Source: Balanoglossus misakiensis (lineage: Eukaryota > Animalia > Hemichordata). From it: a stretch of 64,000 nt of DNA. The notes beneath the pieces were generated by a model. That model was not told where the DNA came from, made no database searches, and saw only the letters and a program-made list of their open reading frames with translations. Position numbers and translations under genes: made by a program. The stretch is taken from contig CM082598.2 in the NCBI GenBank assembly GCA_040954595.2, positions 5,967,097-6,031,096 of the forward strand, read 5' to 3'. Position 1 is the stretch's first letter; each line of letters begins with the position of its first letter. This document shows, piece after piece, positions 22,477 through 37,110 of this stretch.

Positions 22477-23405
22477 AGGGACAAATTCTCTCTCTCGCTG
22501 CCCCTTTTCCATGAATTAGGTTTGTTACAGGACACCATTTCTGTTATTCTACCTGTGGATATATAGTGAATCAATGTTTCACCACACACAACTTCAACCC
22601 TGCTTGTAGCCTCCGGAGTGATAAAAAAAAACACACGCCAATAATCGGTCTCTATCATTTATTCATTTTAGGCGAGTTTTTATGCTCATATCATTCAAGT
22701 GGGATGGAAATTGTGTATGGTTGAACGTTCATTAACTACATATACACATGTACATTAATATAAAATGTCTCTTGTATCAAACATAATGGAAAAAATCGCG
22801 TCAAGGACACAGTGGTCCCATTGCGGGATTTCACAAGAAAAAGTGTACACCGGAGTACTTGACCATATACAGACACAGACACACACACACACAAAGCAAG
22901 AGATCAATGGGCAAGCACTGACTGACCCATAAGCTGCCAATGGCATATGTACTATACATACACTAAATAGAACAGCTGGCCTCTTTAAAACTTAGCCAGT
23001 TATGTAATCATTCAGGAATTTGCAGTGTATACAAACAACTCAATAAAGTAAATACACACCACTTCGCAAAGCAATCTGACCAGTAGTTCTTGAGTTACTG
23101 AGTTTTGACTAAATTCACATTTTTCCAGCTAATTTGCATATTTTTGGCAACGACAACTTCATTTGAACAAACTCCCATCTACAGCCCAGCCTGCATCTGC
23201 ACACCAAATATCAAGGTGATACACGCAGTGGTTTTCAAGTTTTTGATGTGGACGGACATACATCCATACGTCCATACATCCATCCATCCATACATCCATC
23301 CATCCATACATACATACAGACGCAACCGATCCCATAAGGTCCCATGGTATATAGGGCTATACCAATGGGACCTAAAAAGGGCAGCGAGAGAGAGACTTTG
23401 TCCCT
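22477..23405. mobile_element. Kolobok-like MITE (same family as 10095-10437) carrying a nested HINE-like element
   Basis: TTAA|AGGGACAAAttctctctctcgctgccc...gggcagcgagagagagacTTTGTCCCT|TTAA. Confidence 0.8.
22793..23375 (-). mobile_element. Internally deleted HINE-like element (family of 6768-8028)
   Basis: Subterminal IR ggtcccattg / caatgggacc, (CATC)n tract, inserted in an A-run with no obvious TSD. Confidence 0.65.
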
Positions 23406-23828
23406 TTAACAGAAATGTGCACATAATATTCTATTCAAACCATTACTCTTGTCTTGAACAATCTTATAGAGGTGTCCTGATTAGAGAGATGTCTGTATTA
23501 ATTGACAGGTGTCACTGTATTATCAACATTTTCAGTTTCATAATCCTTCTGCCTTTGTCAGAGAATGTTTACAGCAGCCAAAAACTTTCTCTGCCATACT
23601 CACAATAAGAGAAAGCTTGCTGTGTGTAAAACGGGTTATTTTCGCAAGCAATTAATTTTTGCAAAATACGCGAGAGCCAACAAAATGTGAAAATAAAAAG
23701 TTGCGTAAAATGTTTTTCAGAGATAAAGATGCAATGAAATACAAGAACATGAAAATTAATCCTTGCATAGCAGTTGCCTCTTTTAATATCGCGAAAATTT
23801 CCTGTCACGAAAATAATCCGTTTTACAG

Positions 23829-23983
23829 TAATATTGAAGGTCAGAATGCTTTTGATGAGAGAACAATACACAAGTTGCAAAGTATCTTGACTAACATAAA
23901 AATGATTGAATTTTCTAAAGAAGATATAATCTCGCAGTTGGTGTATTGTTTCCTCATCAAAAGCATTCTGACCTTCAATATTA
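23829..23983. mobile_element. Palindromic hairpin MITE
   Basis: taatattgaaggtcagaatgcttttgatgag ... ctcatcaaaagcattctgaccttcaatatta is a perfect 31-bp inverted repeat. Confidence 0.75.
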
Positions 23984-24348
23984 TTCTGTTGAGCTTTACA
24001 TGCAATCTAGTCTATATATGATCAGGGGTGATTATATCATCGAGAACAGATCCTAAATACTAAAAGAGTATAAAATGTCTGCGACAGATACTTTGTAAGT
24101 TGTAACAGGTGTGAAATAAGAATTTGGATAACACTGACAGTATTTTGGCTATCGTTGGGGGGGGGGGGGGTGGAGCGATAAGTGATTTTGGAACCCCATG
24201 AGACACCTGTCTTACCATTAATATGACTGCATTTATGGTACCATAAGGAATGCTGGGAATGCCGGGTACTTGCACTGAACTGGCCGTTTACTTTTCCTCA
24301 ACCCATTAGGGTTATTTTTATTTTTATACTCTTTTACACTCATAAATA

Positions 24349-24460
24349 AGGGTTCGTACGCTCCTGGAAACTCCTGGAATTTGAAACCCCTCCTGGAAAC
24401 TCCTGAAATCTCCTGGAAATTCAAAATTTCTCCTTGAAACTCCTGGAAAACCGCGAGTCA
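24349..24460 (+). mobile_element. hAT-like terminus with CTCCTGGAA subterminal repeats
   Basis: agggttcgtacg followed by about 7 ctcctggaa/ctcctgaaa motifs; partner end not identified. Confidence 0.5.
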
Positions 24461-27400
24461 CGATCGCATTTCACCGGATCGTGAAACAGTACGCGTTGCC
24501 CATTTCACTCGGCGCACCAGTTATCTTTAGACAGGCGTCCTATAAATAGTATCATTGAGTAGTAAAGCACAAATTGCAACAACTAACGCAGCTCAGCGTT
24601 CCGGTCGCGACAAAATATCTAAAACTTGACAAAAGATGTAGCAACTTTTGTTAGAGGTCATGCCATGTATCCCGCGTCTGCAGAATACTTGAACAGACGG
24701 CCGCGGCAGACACCCGTGAGATCGATGTTCAGGGCAATTAGTGATGTCAAAAAGAAGCAAAAAAGGCAGGCGTTTTTTGTGTTTTTTTTCAGCAGCAGAA
24801 CAGTAATTTCCATCAGTAATTTGTCGATTTTATCAGGACAGAAATCATTGCTTTAGGGACCGTTCAGTTTTTACGGCCGAGGGGGGGGGGTCAAAGGTCA
24901 ACATGATTTGGGGGGGGGGGGGGGGGTCAAAGGTCAACATGTCCCCGGCCTCGCATAATTGGCCCCCTACTTTGCCAATATGGCCCTCTACTTCAAATTT
25001 TAGTGAAACCCCTGCAGTGACAAAATGACTGGGGAACCCTGGTTACATTACCCTGATCACCACAATGGTTCAGTCCAACTGCATTGTTTTCTATGGTAAG
25101 GTTGGACCTCTGAAGAGGGAATTGGGGTGGAAGGGTTAGAAAAAACACTGACTGACAATACTGCCAATAACAAAATATTGTTTTATCTTCTCTTTGTATA
25201 CAGCACACAAGAACAGAAACATTGTATATTGATCTGCAACTCTCCTCCATATCCCTTGCCAAGTCAAGATAGTATTAATTACAGTAGATTGACTGCAGAT
25301 CAATTGACTGCCATGTTGGGTAAGGTAAGCGATATAAAACATTTCATACAACACTGCCTACTAACAATAGTCATATCAATCTGACAAGGGAAGATGAAAA
25401 CAAAACATCTTTTCAAACTAGTTTACTGTGCGGACCAATTTCATTAAGCCCCATTTAACAGGAATTCTGGTTTTATAATTAACTTTGATTGATTGACATG
25501 TGTTTTACATCTAAATGCATCGCTTTAGGAACATTTTCTAGTATGTATGAGATTATTAAATTGAACTTGTATATTTGCTGAGGGCAACTTAATTTTCAGT
25601 AAAGATGAGGAATGCTCAATGTTTGGATTGTCTTCAAAAAGATGACAACAACTCAAGTCTCAAAAACTCTTTGTTTTGAAGTTTGAATTGTTTTTGTTGC
25701 ATCAGTAACGACTTCACATGTGAATGCCAAATTTTGATTCTTAGCAAATGTTGTATTTTGACAGAGAGGAGTCCATTCCTCAATCATATCACCCCGCAAA
25801 CGGCCTGAACTCCAAAAACTTAACGACAAAGCATATGGTGAAGTACAGATGGTACCAATGAAGGATTATGCGGCTGATCCACACCACATGATACTTCTCA
25901 AAGGTTATCAACTTGCTGGTAGGTATCTGTTGCTATGCAAATATTTGCAATCATACCATCCAGATTCTAAAGTTCACAGGTCAAATATATAACTTGTTTA
26001 TGTGGTCATTTACAACCAATTCATCATTTTGTTGTTCGTTAAAATGTTACTCGAAATCGGTACTTCCATAAAATGGTTGTAATATATTTAATAATATTTA
26101 TTACACATCACATATTATTATTCGCTCTTGGTTGGCTAATACTAAATATGACAGAACTTCATGACCTCTGCACACGATCTGAGGCTTACAGAAGTTAATT
26201 TCGTGAGTGATGCAGTGTTTTCTGTTGCAGTACTTGCACAAGTCAAGGATAAAATTCCCCATCATTTCAATGCCTAGCCAATGAATTACACATCCTCCTG
26301 AAAATTGTTGGAAGGTGGGCAATCAGTTTCCATGGTTGCATCCTGGATGAAACACTGGTACAGGTTCAAGACAAGTTTAGTGACATTGTGTAAATCCACA
26401 GAAGAATTTCACATCAACTGTATAATCTTCTATTTTTCTCATGATTGTGTTTCAGAAAAATCTGTGTCAAGTGGTGATACATAAGAGGTTGCCATCGTGA
26501 AACCTAAAACCATAGCAACCACTTCAGTGTCTACAACCACTACCACAACACAGCCACTGAAACCCGCATCAACAGTTACCATGTTTACAGCATCTACCTC
26601 CAGTATGACCTCAAATCCTCTCAAATCAACTGTTGGAAGTTCATCTCCAGGTAAAGTCTCCAGTGTTGATTACGAGCCATTTGTCAAATTAGGTCCACAC
26701 ATAATTAGACCACCAATTGAAGTGTGAGATATAGTAGAATATTGCCATGTTGATCTTCACTACAATATTAGTTAAAGTTATATAGCACTCTGTGATCAAC
26801 GAGTTGAAAATACAGCATGAGCTTGCGGGGACATGTAGTCCCCTTCATCAGCTGTACACGTAGAATGAACAGAGAAACAGAGAATCATGGGGTATTCAAA
26901 GTAGGAAATATGTGCAGGACCAGGTGCATCGATCAGAAATATTTCCTACAGTGGATTTTCTATCTGAGGATGGTGACTTCATGACCGCGATATTGTGCCC
27001 TTGAGCGAGGCACTTTACTTCTCATTGCTCTGAGGAGACTCATGGCTTTGTGTAGGTGATTTGCACCATTTCTAGTCTTTCTACTAGAAATATTTTCTGT
27101 GTTTGTGATAGATGAATTACTGTCTTACAGGAAATTTTTGTGAACTTCGTGAGAACCAAAAAATGCAAATTAAAAAGTCATGTAAAAATATTTTTCGGGG
27201 ATATTGGTGCAGTTATTGAAATATGAGAATGCGAAATTTAATTGTAGCGTAACAGCTGTCTCTTAGGATTATGCGAAAATTTCCTGTCACAGAAATTTCC
27301 CGGTTTACAGTATATAAATAAATCAACTACATCTTTTTACTGCAGGTGCCACACCAAGTCATGTCACCTGGACAACCAAGTCAAATTGGAAGTCCGTCTC

Positions 27401-30296
27401 CACAACAACTGTCATCCTCTCAACAGAAACTGAGTCAGTCCCAGATGCAGGGCAAGGTCAAAGGTCATCAATGCCTTTTGCCCAGCCTACCAGTTTACCA
27501 AACCAACCAGTATCCACTGTCACAGCAAAAAGGACTCAACAACCCAATGTGACTGTTTCAAGTATCCCCATGCGACAATTTTGTCCACCCAGGTACAGTT
27601 GTGGTCTACCTTCTACTTTATGAGATTCAAATTAGCTGTTTCTAGTTACCCATCCTGTGAATTGAAAGCTTTTTATGACTGTATCACATAGCCTTGTCTT
27701 ACCATTGTCTATACAGTAGACTATTTTTTTCAAAACGCATTCAAAACTTCTATTTTGGTTGCTAGAAACCCTCTCTGTGAATGCAAAGACTCTTTTGGAT
27801 AATGCCACAGACTCATTAATCAAATTCAATTTTTAATGTGATTAATGTTGATAAGCCCTTAAACCCAATCCCTTCCAAATGTGAGTATGTGTGTTGAAAA
27901 TAGGACTTAGAGAGTTGCAAGCTCAACATCGAATCAAAAATTGAAGTCATGAATTAAAAATGGGGTTTTGAATACTGGCCTTGATAATGCTCCATATTAA
28001 CTAAGTTTGTTACTCTTTTTGGACAGGTAACTTCACCACCAAAGATGACTTCCCAGCATGCACCAGCTGCTGCACTGAAAGCCATAGAAGGTGTCATGCA
28101 AACGGCAAATGCTAGTCAGTTCAGTAAGACGCCACCAATTGCTGCCGTGAATCCTATCAACTCACAGCCACAGCAGAGATGGCCAGGTACAGATTCAAAG
28201 CCACAAAGAGGTAGGTACAGTCAACCCTGTCTATACTGGCCAGTCTAGGGACTTTCTTAAACTGGCATTTATGCTAGACAGGTGGCTTATATAGATGGGT
28301 CAGTTAATGTGCAATGTACATGTACATGAACTGAAACAAAGTGGCCACTACATAGACGTGGCCACAAACACAGATTTGACTGTCATAATTATATATTATG
28401 TTGCCATGGCAGCCATTTACCATTAGTTTGATTATACTTTGCCAAAACCTGAGGGAAAAATATTCAAGTTCCCCTTTTCATATTCCCCTATCAATGGTAT
28501 AATACACCAATGTCATGGTAAAATTTTGTGACATTTTTGCTAACTGCTAAAGCCCAAGTAACATTGTTTTTTCAGTATTTTTCAGCAAAGGAATTAACCC
28601 TAGTTTCTTGTTCTGCTATGGATAGCTTTATGAAATGTTCAGTCTTTATCTTCTCTACAAAAAATGTACATGAGTAATGGCCATTGTGAATATTAAATGA
28701 ACTCAGACGAGAATTCATTTTTCAACAATAACAATGATGATCAATAATTACATAAAACGGCTGTGTTTGAAAACCAAACTCTGAGTACATTATTAATGTT
28801 TTACAGAGTAGAATAAAGTATTACAGCTGTTATCCAAAGTTAACGTTGGAATTATTGATGTCTAATACTACTGTGTTTACTTATCAGCAGGTATGCAGCC
28901 ATTGATGCGAACAGGAGTGCAGTCAACACAACCGACAGTACCTAATGTGAGCGACAGCAAAAATCCACCTATCACCACAGGCACCAAGTTGTTCCAACTC
29001 TGACACAGCCACAAGTACATGTACAACACCAGTCATTGGTATGTTATGTTATGAGCTGAGTTATAATACCCATCTATCCCTTTTGTCTGGCAAGTGACAT
29101 TTTATCACTTTTCAGTATTTCAATAGAACTGCATTTGGATAATTTGTTACCTAACATGACATCGGAAGATGGTAGCTTGATGTTTTAACTGAGGACATTG
29201 GATGACCAGTAGATAAAGATTTTCTTTGGTATCAGTGACATCAGACGCAGTTCCGTTGACATTCAAATTTCCAGCTGACGGGGAATTTCAGCAACGTGGT
29301 GCAAATGATGACTGTGCAGACAAATGCCAAGATGCTGTTTAGGCACCATGCCTGATACATGTTACCTTTCTGGTGGTTCTAAAGTATAAACAAATCCGGA
29401 AAAATATTTCACGAGATACAAAAATATTGTTTGCCTGTTACCTGGAAATGACAATGCTTTGGGTCACATGGCCAGCTCATGTGATTGATATTAAAGAATT
29501 ATTTACAGTGACTGTCATGATTTGTATGTGTTATCACAGGCTAATACCAGTACTTCACTACTGATGGATCTGGACATACCAGTGCCCTCTACAGCTCAAG
29601 TGTATCAAGTTAGACTCGCCAGCAGCAAGTTGATCCACAACAACAACAACAACAACAACAACAGAAAAGTGTTGTTTGGCATGGAGCCTTGGTATGGCAA
29701 GAGGTGTGTACAGCTTACATACAAATAACTAATTAAAACAACTGACTGTAGGTCAATGGGGTTATTGTGGTTGGATCATGTTGGATAGGGAGCATTTTTC
29801 GATAAACAACCCTTTTAAATATTTGATTTTTAGGGAGCTTCCAAATGTAATTTTAGAGGGTACCCATTACACAAATTATGAGCTCGGCAGAACAACGTGT
29901 GGTAGTACCCATCAATGAAGTACACAGATTGGTCTTTCATCCAGAGGCACACAGTGTACATGCAATGCAATCTTTTCCCTTTGTATGTCTTAACAAAGCA
30001 ACCTTACGACAGGAGCAGATTTAGATAAAAAAATTCATCTGGGAGATAAACTATATAAGTCCACAGTTACTTGGGATTTGAAACTCAATGATAAATTTGT
30101 TAGTAACATGCTCATGTTAGATGACCTACCACACATTGTATTCATTAATTTATTGCATAAGTTGAGGTGAAATATACAATTGTATGATTCAACCATCAAA
30201 TCAGTTCTGGTAGTGTGTACTTGACTGTATCTGAAGTTATAATCCACTTGGCAAAATCAAATCAAACAAAATACTAGTAACACAATGGAATAGACT

Positions 30297-31494
30297 TTGC
30301 CCACTTAGGGAATATATATCTTGTCTATGTCACCATACATGTAGCTGTATGCTGTGAGTTATATAGGTGTCAATCTTTCCCCCCACAACAATCACTTGGT
30401 GCCACGTTTCGCAATATTTCTCGTCTATGTCACCATACATGCAGCTGTATGCTGTGAGTTATATAGGTGTCAATCTTTCCCCCCACAACAATCACTTGGT
30501 GCCACGTTTCGCAACTCATTGCCCACTTAGGGAATATATTTCTCGTCTATGTCACCATACATGCAGCTGTATGCTGTGAGTTAAATAGGTGTCAATCTTT
30601 CCCCCCACAACAATCACTTGGTGCCACGTTTCGCAACTCATTGCCCAATTAGGGAATATATTTCTCGTCTATGTCACCATACATGCAGCTGTATGCTGTG
30701 AGTTATATAGGTGTCAATCTTTCCCCCCACAACAATCACTTGGTGCCACGTTTCACAACTCATTGCCCACTTTGGGAATATATTTCTCGTCTATGTCACC
30801 ATACATGTAGCTGTATGCTGTGAGTTATATAGGTGTCAATCTTTTCCCCCACAGCAATCACATGGTGCCAAGTTTTGCAACTCATTGCCCAATTAGGGAA
30901 TATATTTCTCGTCTATGTCACCATACATGCAGCTGTATACTGTGAGTTATATAGGTGTCAATCTTTTCCCCCACAGCAATCACTTGGTGCCATGTTTCGC
31001 AACTCATTGCCCAATTAGGGAATATATTTCTCGTCTATGTCACCATACATGCAGCTGTATGCTGTGAGTTATATAGGTGTCAATCTTTTCCCCCACAGCA
31101 ATCACATGGTGCCAAGTTTTGCAACTCATTGCCCAATTAGGGAATATATTTCTCGTCTATGTCACCATACATGCAGCTGTATGCTGTGAGTTATATAGGT
31201 GTCAATCTTTTCCCCCACAGCAATCACGTGGTGCCATGTTTTGCAACTCATTGCCCAATTAGGGAATATATTTCTCGTCTATGTCACCATACATGCAGCT
31301 GTATGCTGTGAGTTATATAGGTGTCAATCTTTCACCCCACAACAATCACTTGGTGCCATGTTTCACAACTCATTGCCTACATAGGGAATATATTTCTCGT
31401 CTATGTCACCATACATGCAGCTGTATGCTGTGAGTTATATAGGTGTCAATCTTTTCCCCCACAGCAATCACGTGGTGCCATGTTTTGCAACTCA
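30297..31494 (+). repeat. Tandem array of ten 122-bp units derived from a MED25 intron/exon boundary
   Basis: ggtgtcaatc recurs at about 30366, 30466, 30588, 30710, 30832, 30954, 31076, 31198, 31320 and 31442; the last unit runs into the MED25 exon. Confidence 0.95.
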
Positions 31495-34400
31495 CGCACT
31501 GTGGAGTTCCAGTTTATGAATAACAGCCAGGTAGCATACAGATCTCTCTTCAGAATAATGTCTGGAGGATTTGTAAGTATGTCTTTGGAATAGACAGGTT
31601 TCCAGATTAGACAGGGTTCGGTTGAGACAGGTTTTACTGTATTTTGATACATGCTCTGGCTTAACCCTTTCACCACCATGGTTCAGTCCAAACCCGCTGT
31701 TTTCTATGGTAATGTTGGACCTCGAAAAAGGGAACTGGGATTCTTTCTGGGAATCTCTTTATTTCTTCTGTCACAAAAATTCTATAGGAGTTCTAATTCT
31801 AAAAGGAGAACTGATTTGATAAAAGATCTCAAACTCAAGTTTTGGATGTGGCTCCAGTTCAATTATTGTAGGTGACTAGTTTTCTGGAGTTGAAGTCTGT
31901 ATACTTGCAGTAGAGTTGGTCACATTAACTTGGGTAATCTGAGTGTGGTCAGAAATTGAACTTACACATTGATTGAGTTAAGAACATGTCTGGTGTATTA
32001 CTGTAATATGACTAGATACTGCAAATGCATTAACTATAAGCGTATGTTAAAATACACAGTTTTCATCGGTATATCTGATTCATGAAATTAAATACACATG
32101 TTCATTAAAACCCTCCATGATAGAGCGCCCCCACTGTTCAGAATGTCAATTTTGAAGTCCTACATCTATGATGTCATGCCTAGCTGTCAATGTTAACTGA
32201 TGTGTACTTGTACTACTAGTAAATGGAAGTACTTTAAAGTAAAGCTCAGATGCAAGGGTTTGTAAAATAAATAATATAATATTAAAACGTTGCCATCATT
32301 TTACTCCTTTGGAACAGCGGTCCAATTGACTAATGTGATCACTCTGTATGCGGCATATGGCATATTAAGCATTTAGTATTTTTCAATCAGAAGCCATTAA
32401 TCCTGTGCTTAATTCTGCTTCTTGCAACATTGATTTTAAATCACCACACATGAATTATTTTGTCCAAAGGACTGCAGTGCCCAAGTTTTTATGATAAGAT
32501 AAACAAACAGTGAAATTCACTGAAGAAGTGAGTGAGCACTTGCCCTATCATTGTTCAATGAAATGTGACCACCAATTCATTGACGCCTTGAGCATAGCAA
32601 CAACAACCTGTGTATTGACGATACTGCCTGTAGCCTTTCAGTTGATGTTGCTTGATATACATATATGACTGGACTCGATCATTTGTACTTTTTGTTGCAT
32701 TGATATTTTTAACAGCGTATTAAGCAATTTTTTGTTTGAGTTCATCATTCAGTGATGGTAGCATGACTAAAATCAGTGATGGTCGTCAGGTTGTGTATTT
32801 CAATTTTCAGGATAACTCTTTTTGTAACAAAATTCACAAGTTCTGTGACCGTCACAAGAGTGTTCTGAATTATTGGTTTGTTTTCCTGTAGCGTGCATTT
32901 ACATGTTCCCAGATAGGAAGTTTTAATGGGTATTAGTGTCAACATCCACAAGTGACTTGAGGCCAGTGAACTTGCAGTTGTGTGTCGTGTGGATATTAGC
33001 TTGTGGTGATATTAACATGGCGAATATCAGAATAGTACAAACAAATGTTTAAAACAAGACATATACATAGCTTTCCCTTTCATAATTGGACTGCATTGTT
33101 ATTGAAGTACAAAGACTTTCCAGCAACATGACATGGCTGGATTTTTTTGTAGGAAACAAGTCTTTGATTTCCCGGCTGCTATTTGCTGTCTTTGTATTAC
33201 ATTACTAGTAACATCTCTGTTTCTAGCTCACATTCAATGAATAGACCTGTGGATGTTTTGACACTTCTCGTCAATGAATGTGTATGGTTGCAGTGATCAA
33301 ATGATACACAAATCAAGGAACGAACAATGACTTTTATTTCTTTTGAAATGCTCACTCACTGGCCCCAATTGCAAAATAGCAACATTTAATACATGCGATA
33401 TTCAATGCGTTTACAGTATTCAAAAATGTTTGAAATTGAATATTGTGCCAAAGAGTGGTGTTGTCAGTCCAAATATCAAAGCATTGAATGATTGTTCACA
33501 GTTTCCTGTATGGTTTGGCCCACCTCTTGCGAAAATATGACTTGTGATATACTGTTGTACATTGAAAAGAAATTCATATACATGTATTCTAAATATTTCA
33601 TATTTTCAATCTAGAAGTGGGAGCTGCTTCCTCAAAATATAATTGACTGTCAGAATGAAAGGCAAGCGATTCACACAAGTTAACTCCAACACAACAACTC
33701 TTCAATAAAATAATTGACATCAGATAACCACAAAGGCATTATTCAAATAAATTGTATAAATACAAATGCAGTTACAAGATTTGATGTCTGAAAATTACTG
33801 ATAGGTGTAGATTTTGTCAGCATTTCCCTTCCTGGGTTACTTTGCGATTAGTTTGTTCTGCGTAGTAGAATGGAACAGTGCCCGGTCTGGATTGGTCACA
33901 TTAATGTTCAGAGAGAAAGTTAATTTGGCAACTGCTCATTGTATGAAAGGTCATAGGGTTAAGATGTCTTATGTCAAAGCCACTTATGAATCCCTTAAAG
34001 ATAAATGTAACCTATCTTATTGACAGATAAGCCAGCAACAACAGAGAAATGTTATACACCCAAAATGCTATCAACGAGGTGAGCTTCTGTCTATCTAGAA
34101 AATGGTGCCACACTGCTACTGATAAGGCCAAAAAAGAGTTTTGTTTAGCGCCGTAGGAAAATGTCAAAAATTTTAGTTATGGGAAACAACCAACGGGCAG
34201 ACATTTATTTTCTTTTCATTTGTTTGATAAAATTATGATAACTATCCCAAAATTTGCAGCTTGTGTGCCTTTAAAATTCAAATTCCTGTCCAAAGGGTGT
34301 CTACCCCTGCTGGTCAACTGTTATATAGGCAATTTACACAAACACGTACCAGTATAGATTCGACCACATAGTCAGGTGGAGATTTGAGAAATTGTGACCC

Positions 34401-34904
34401 CCTCTGGCATTTTTTGGTACAAGCAAACCAAATATGTTTTTTGGTCAATTCGACTACGCTGATTTCGAAAATGCCTGTTCCCAAAAGATCTTTTTGAGAT
34501 AAGAGCCTCGTTTTGGCAAATCAAAATGGCCGCCAAGGATCGCAATTCTCACATGAATAGCATCAAAGAAATGTTCACGTACCTCCTTAAACAATGAAAC
34601 TAAACTACATGTTTACATCAACAACTTTTTTTGGTTGTATAAACACAAAATAGCAACAATAAAACAATAATTATGCAAAAATTTGCATATTGTATGAATA
34701 ATTCGTTGATTTTTGGCTACCAAATAATAATAAAGCTAGGTGTAACAGTACATGTACTGAAAACTCACAAGCATTGGAAAAAATTACCTTTTCTTTATTT
34801 TAATAAAGGACTTAAACCTTGTTCAAAACAATACTTCAAGTGTGAAGTTCATTTTGAGACAAGAGCCTCGATGTGGCAATTCAATATGGCCGTCTAAAGC
34901 CCCG

Positions 34905-37110
34905 TAGTGGAGCGGCCAAACCCTAATTTTCATAGCGATTGTGCATTTTGTGATAAAAGCACCAAACTTGGCTCAGATGTGTGTTAATGTGTACTAAACA
35001 AATTCAGATAGGGAGCCACTAAATATCTGTTGATGAGTTTCCATGGCAACCAATTTTTCAAAATGGCCACCAATACAGATAATTTCACCCACCAAATAAC
35101 ATCTGCAAACACCAAAATAAATTTAGATTACTATATTTGATACAAGGAACTGTGGAAAGAATGATTTGCAAAGATATTATGGTTACTAAACTACTTATAG
35201 GGGTAAGTAAGTTATCAAAACACAATTTAAAGGCACAACTTTTAATCCCTTTCGGATTAATAGGTGCTCCTCTAGAAGTCAAACCATACTGTCTATGGTC
35301 AAACATTAGGCTAATTGCGATATTTAACTTGCAGTACGTAAATTACACATATGAATCACAACAGTTTACCACCTTAGCTAATGATAATCATATAAACAGA
35401 TCACCGATATATTCGAATTGCACACGGATGTGGGCTTGGCTTACTCGTGACTGGTAAAATTTCCTTATCAACTTGATAGGAGAGTCCACTGCCCGAAATA
35501 GACGTTGATCCAAACTGAGTCCGCGGTCGTCACGTTTATTGGTCGACAGACATAGGGCCTCAAACGCAATGCAATCTAAATGGACCCCGGGTAACGAACC
35601 AAGCGGCTTTGTTTCGACCACAATCGCCACCGCAGCGTTGACAACGTTTTTTCGGGGCGTTAATGTTTGTCAAAATGCCATAGGAAATTAAAGAAACTTA
35701 AGTCAAATTGCTGAAACGTTAATAATCGACCATATGTCTTGATACTTTAGATCATGTATCAGTTCCACTCCAGCAATTTTGGCGACTGTTAACAGAGTTG
35801 ACCAAAAGATAAATGGTGTCTATGATTCCAAACTCATAAAAATTACACCGGAGGACACAACATTATTTTATTTGTCGAGAATAGTGTCCATCATGCCATA
35901 AATATTGTCAAAAATGTGTGTTAATTATAGAAACCCAACTAAATATACAAGCAGTTGGCCTTTAGATTGGTAAATGGAAACACAGGTCTTATTGCAATTT
36001 TCTGGGATTAGGTGCCCCAAGGCTCCCAACAAGTCACTTGGAATGTACTTCCATTCTAATATCTCAATGTGTAAAGATCTGACTTTGCAAGAGATATTAC
36101 GGAAAACTTCATTTCATTTAATAGCATGAAGTAAGCGAAATCTTACTCTTTACAGAAAAGCTGTGATCCTGAAGACTTTTGGTGTTTTGAAGCTTATTTT
36201 CACTTTATCATTTTATTCTTTTGGGGGTTCACAAATACACAAAATAACATGTCAAAATAGAACTGCTGACTATCATCAAGGTGCGATTAAAATTATCGAT
36301 AACATGAGCAATACAAAGCACTTCAAGCGACTTCATCAAAACGCTTTCCGAAGGACAAGTATTGGATGAAAAGTTTGAAACAGATTTTGATTTTGATTCC
36401 TAACATCTATCTATGTACATGCACCCTAGACATAGTTAGTTTCTATAGTAACTTTAACAAACCAATCGACTGTCATGATACTGGATTTCTGCCACCATTT
36501 TATGGGGAAGTGATTCTTTATCTGCATGAATCATTTGATGAAGATAAAATAGAAAAGCTGGATTCTGCACTGATTCAAACTGGTCAGATCAATTGATAAG
36601 GTTGAGAAACAAGATGCCGTTTTTTCCTGGGTTGACTAAATTTGGAATTTTGTTCATCAAATATATTTTTATGGGGAAAATAACGAATCAACTGAGCTTT
36701 ACTTGTTAAACTTTTATCACAAAATGCCCAAATGTTACGAAAATTGTGTTTATGCCAGGCCACTATTATAATATATATATGGTTATACAGTGTTTTAACT
36801 AAGTTTGTTGTAACCGGGGTTATTACCAAACTTGAATTTCTTTAGCGACTGAATCTCGATCCTGTATTTACCCCTATAACTAGTTTAGTGATGATAAATA
36901 TTTTGAAAATTTGAGCAGTTTCTTGTTTCAACTATTGTAATATGAATTTATTGTGGTGTTTTATAATTGTTATTTTGCGGGTGAGATTATCTGTATTGGC
37001 GGCCATTTCGAAAAAATGAAAAAAATGATTGCCATGGAAACTCATCAACAGATATTGTGGCTCGCTATCTGAATTTGTTTAGTACACATTAACGCACATC
37101 TGAGCCAAGT
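34905..37110. mobile_element. Nested element with long inverted repeats inside the Academ-like element
   Basis: About 34966-35200 is the reverse complement of about 36870-37110 (cttggctcagatgtg...ccatggcaa); a TAG-start (tagtggagcggcc) lies at 34905. Confidence 0.55.

Noticed and set aside
23105-24021. 167-aa and 120-aa ORFs
   Set aside because: They span MITE and microsatellite sequence and have no recognisable domains.
24157-24926. Long poly-G runs as G-quadruplex elements
   Set aside because: Homopolymer runs occur throughout the window within repeats, and their lengths are error-prone in sequencing.
26980-27045. tRNA gene candidate near gtgcccttgagcgaggcactttac
   Set aside because: It resembles a SINE core fragment; no cloverleaf or complete A/B boxes were seen.
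30297-31494. Possible CRISPR-like array, or repeated small ORFs (MSIFPPTTITW...)
   Set aside because: The units are homologous along their whole length with no unique spacers, the context is eukaryotic, and the ORFs are by-products of the tandem repeat.
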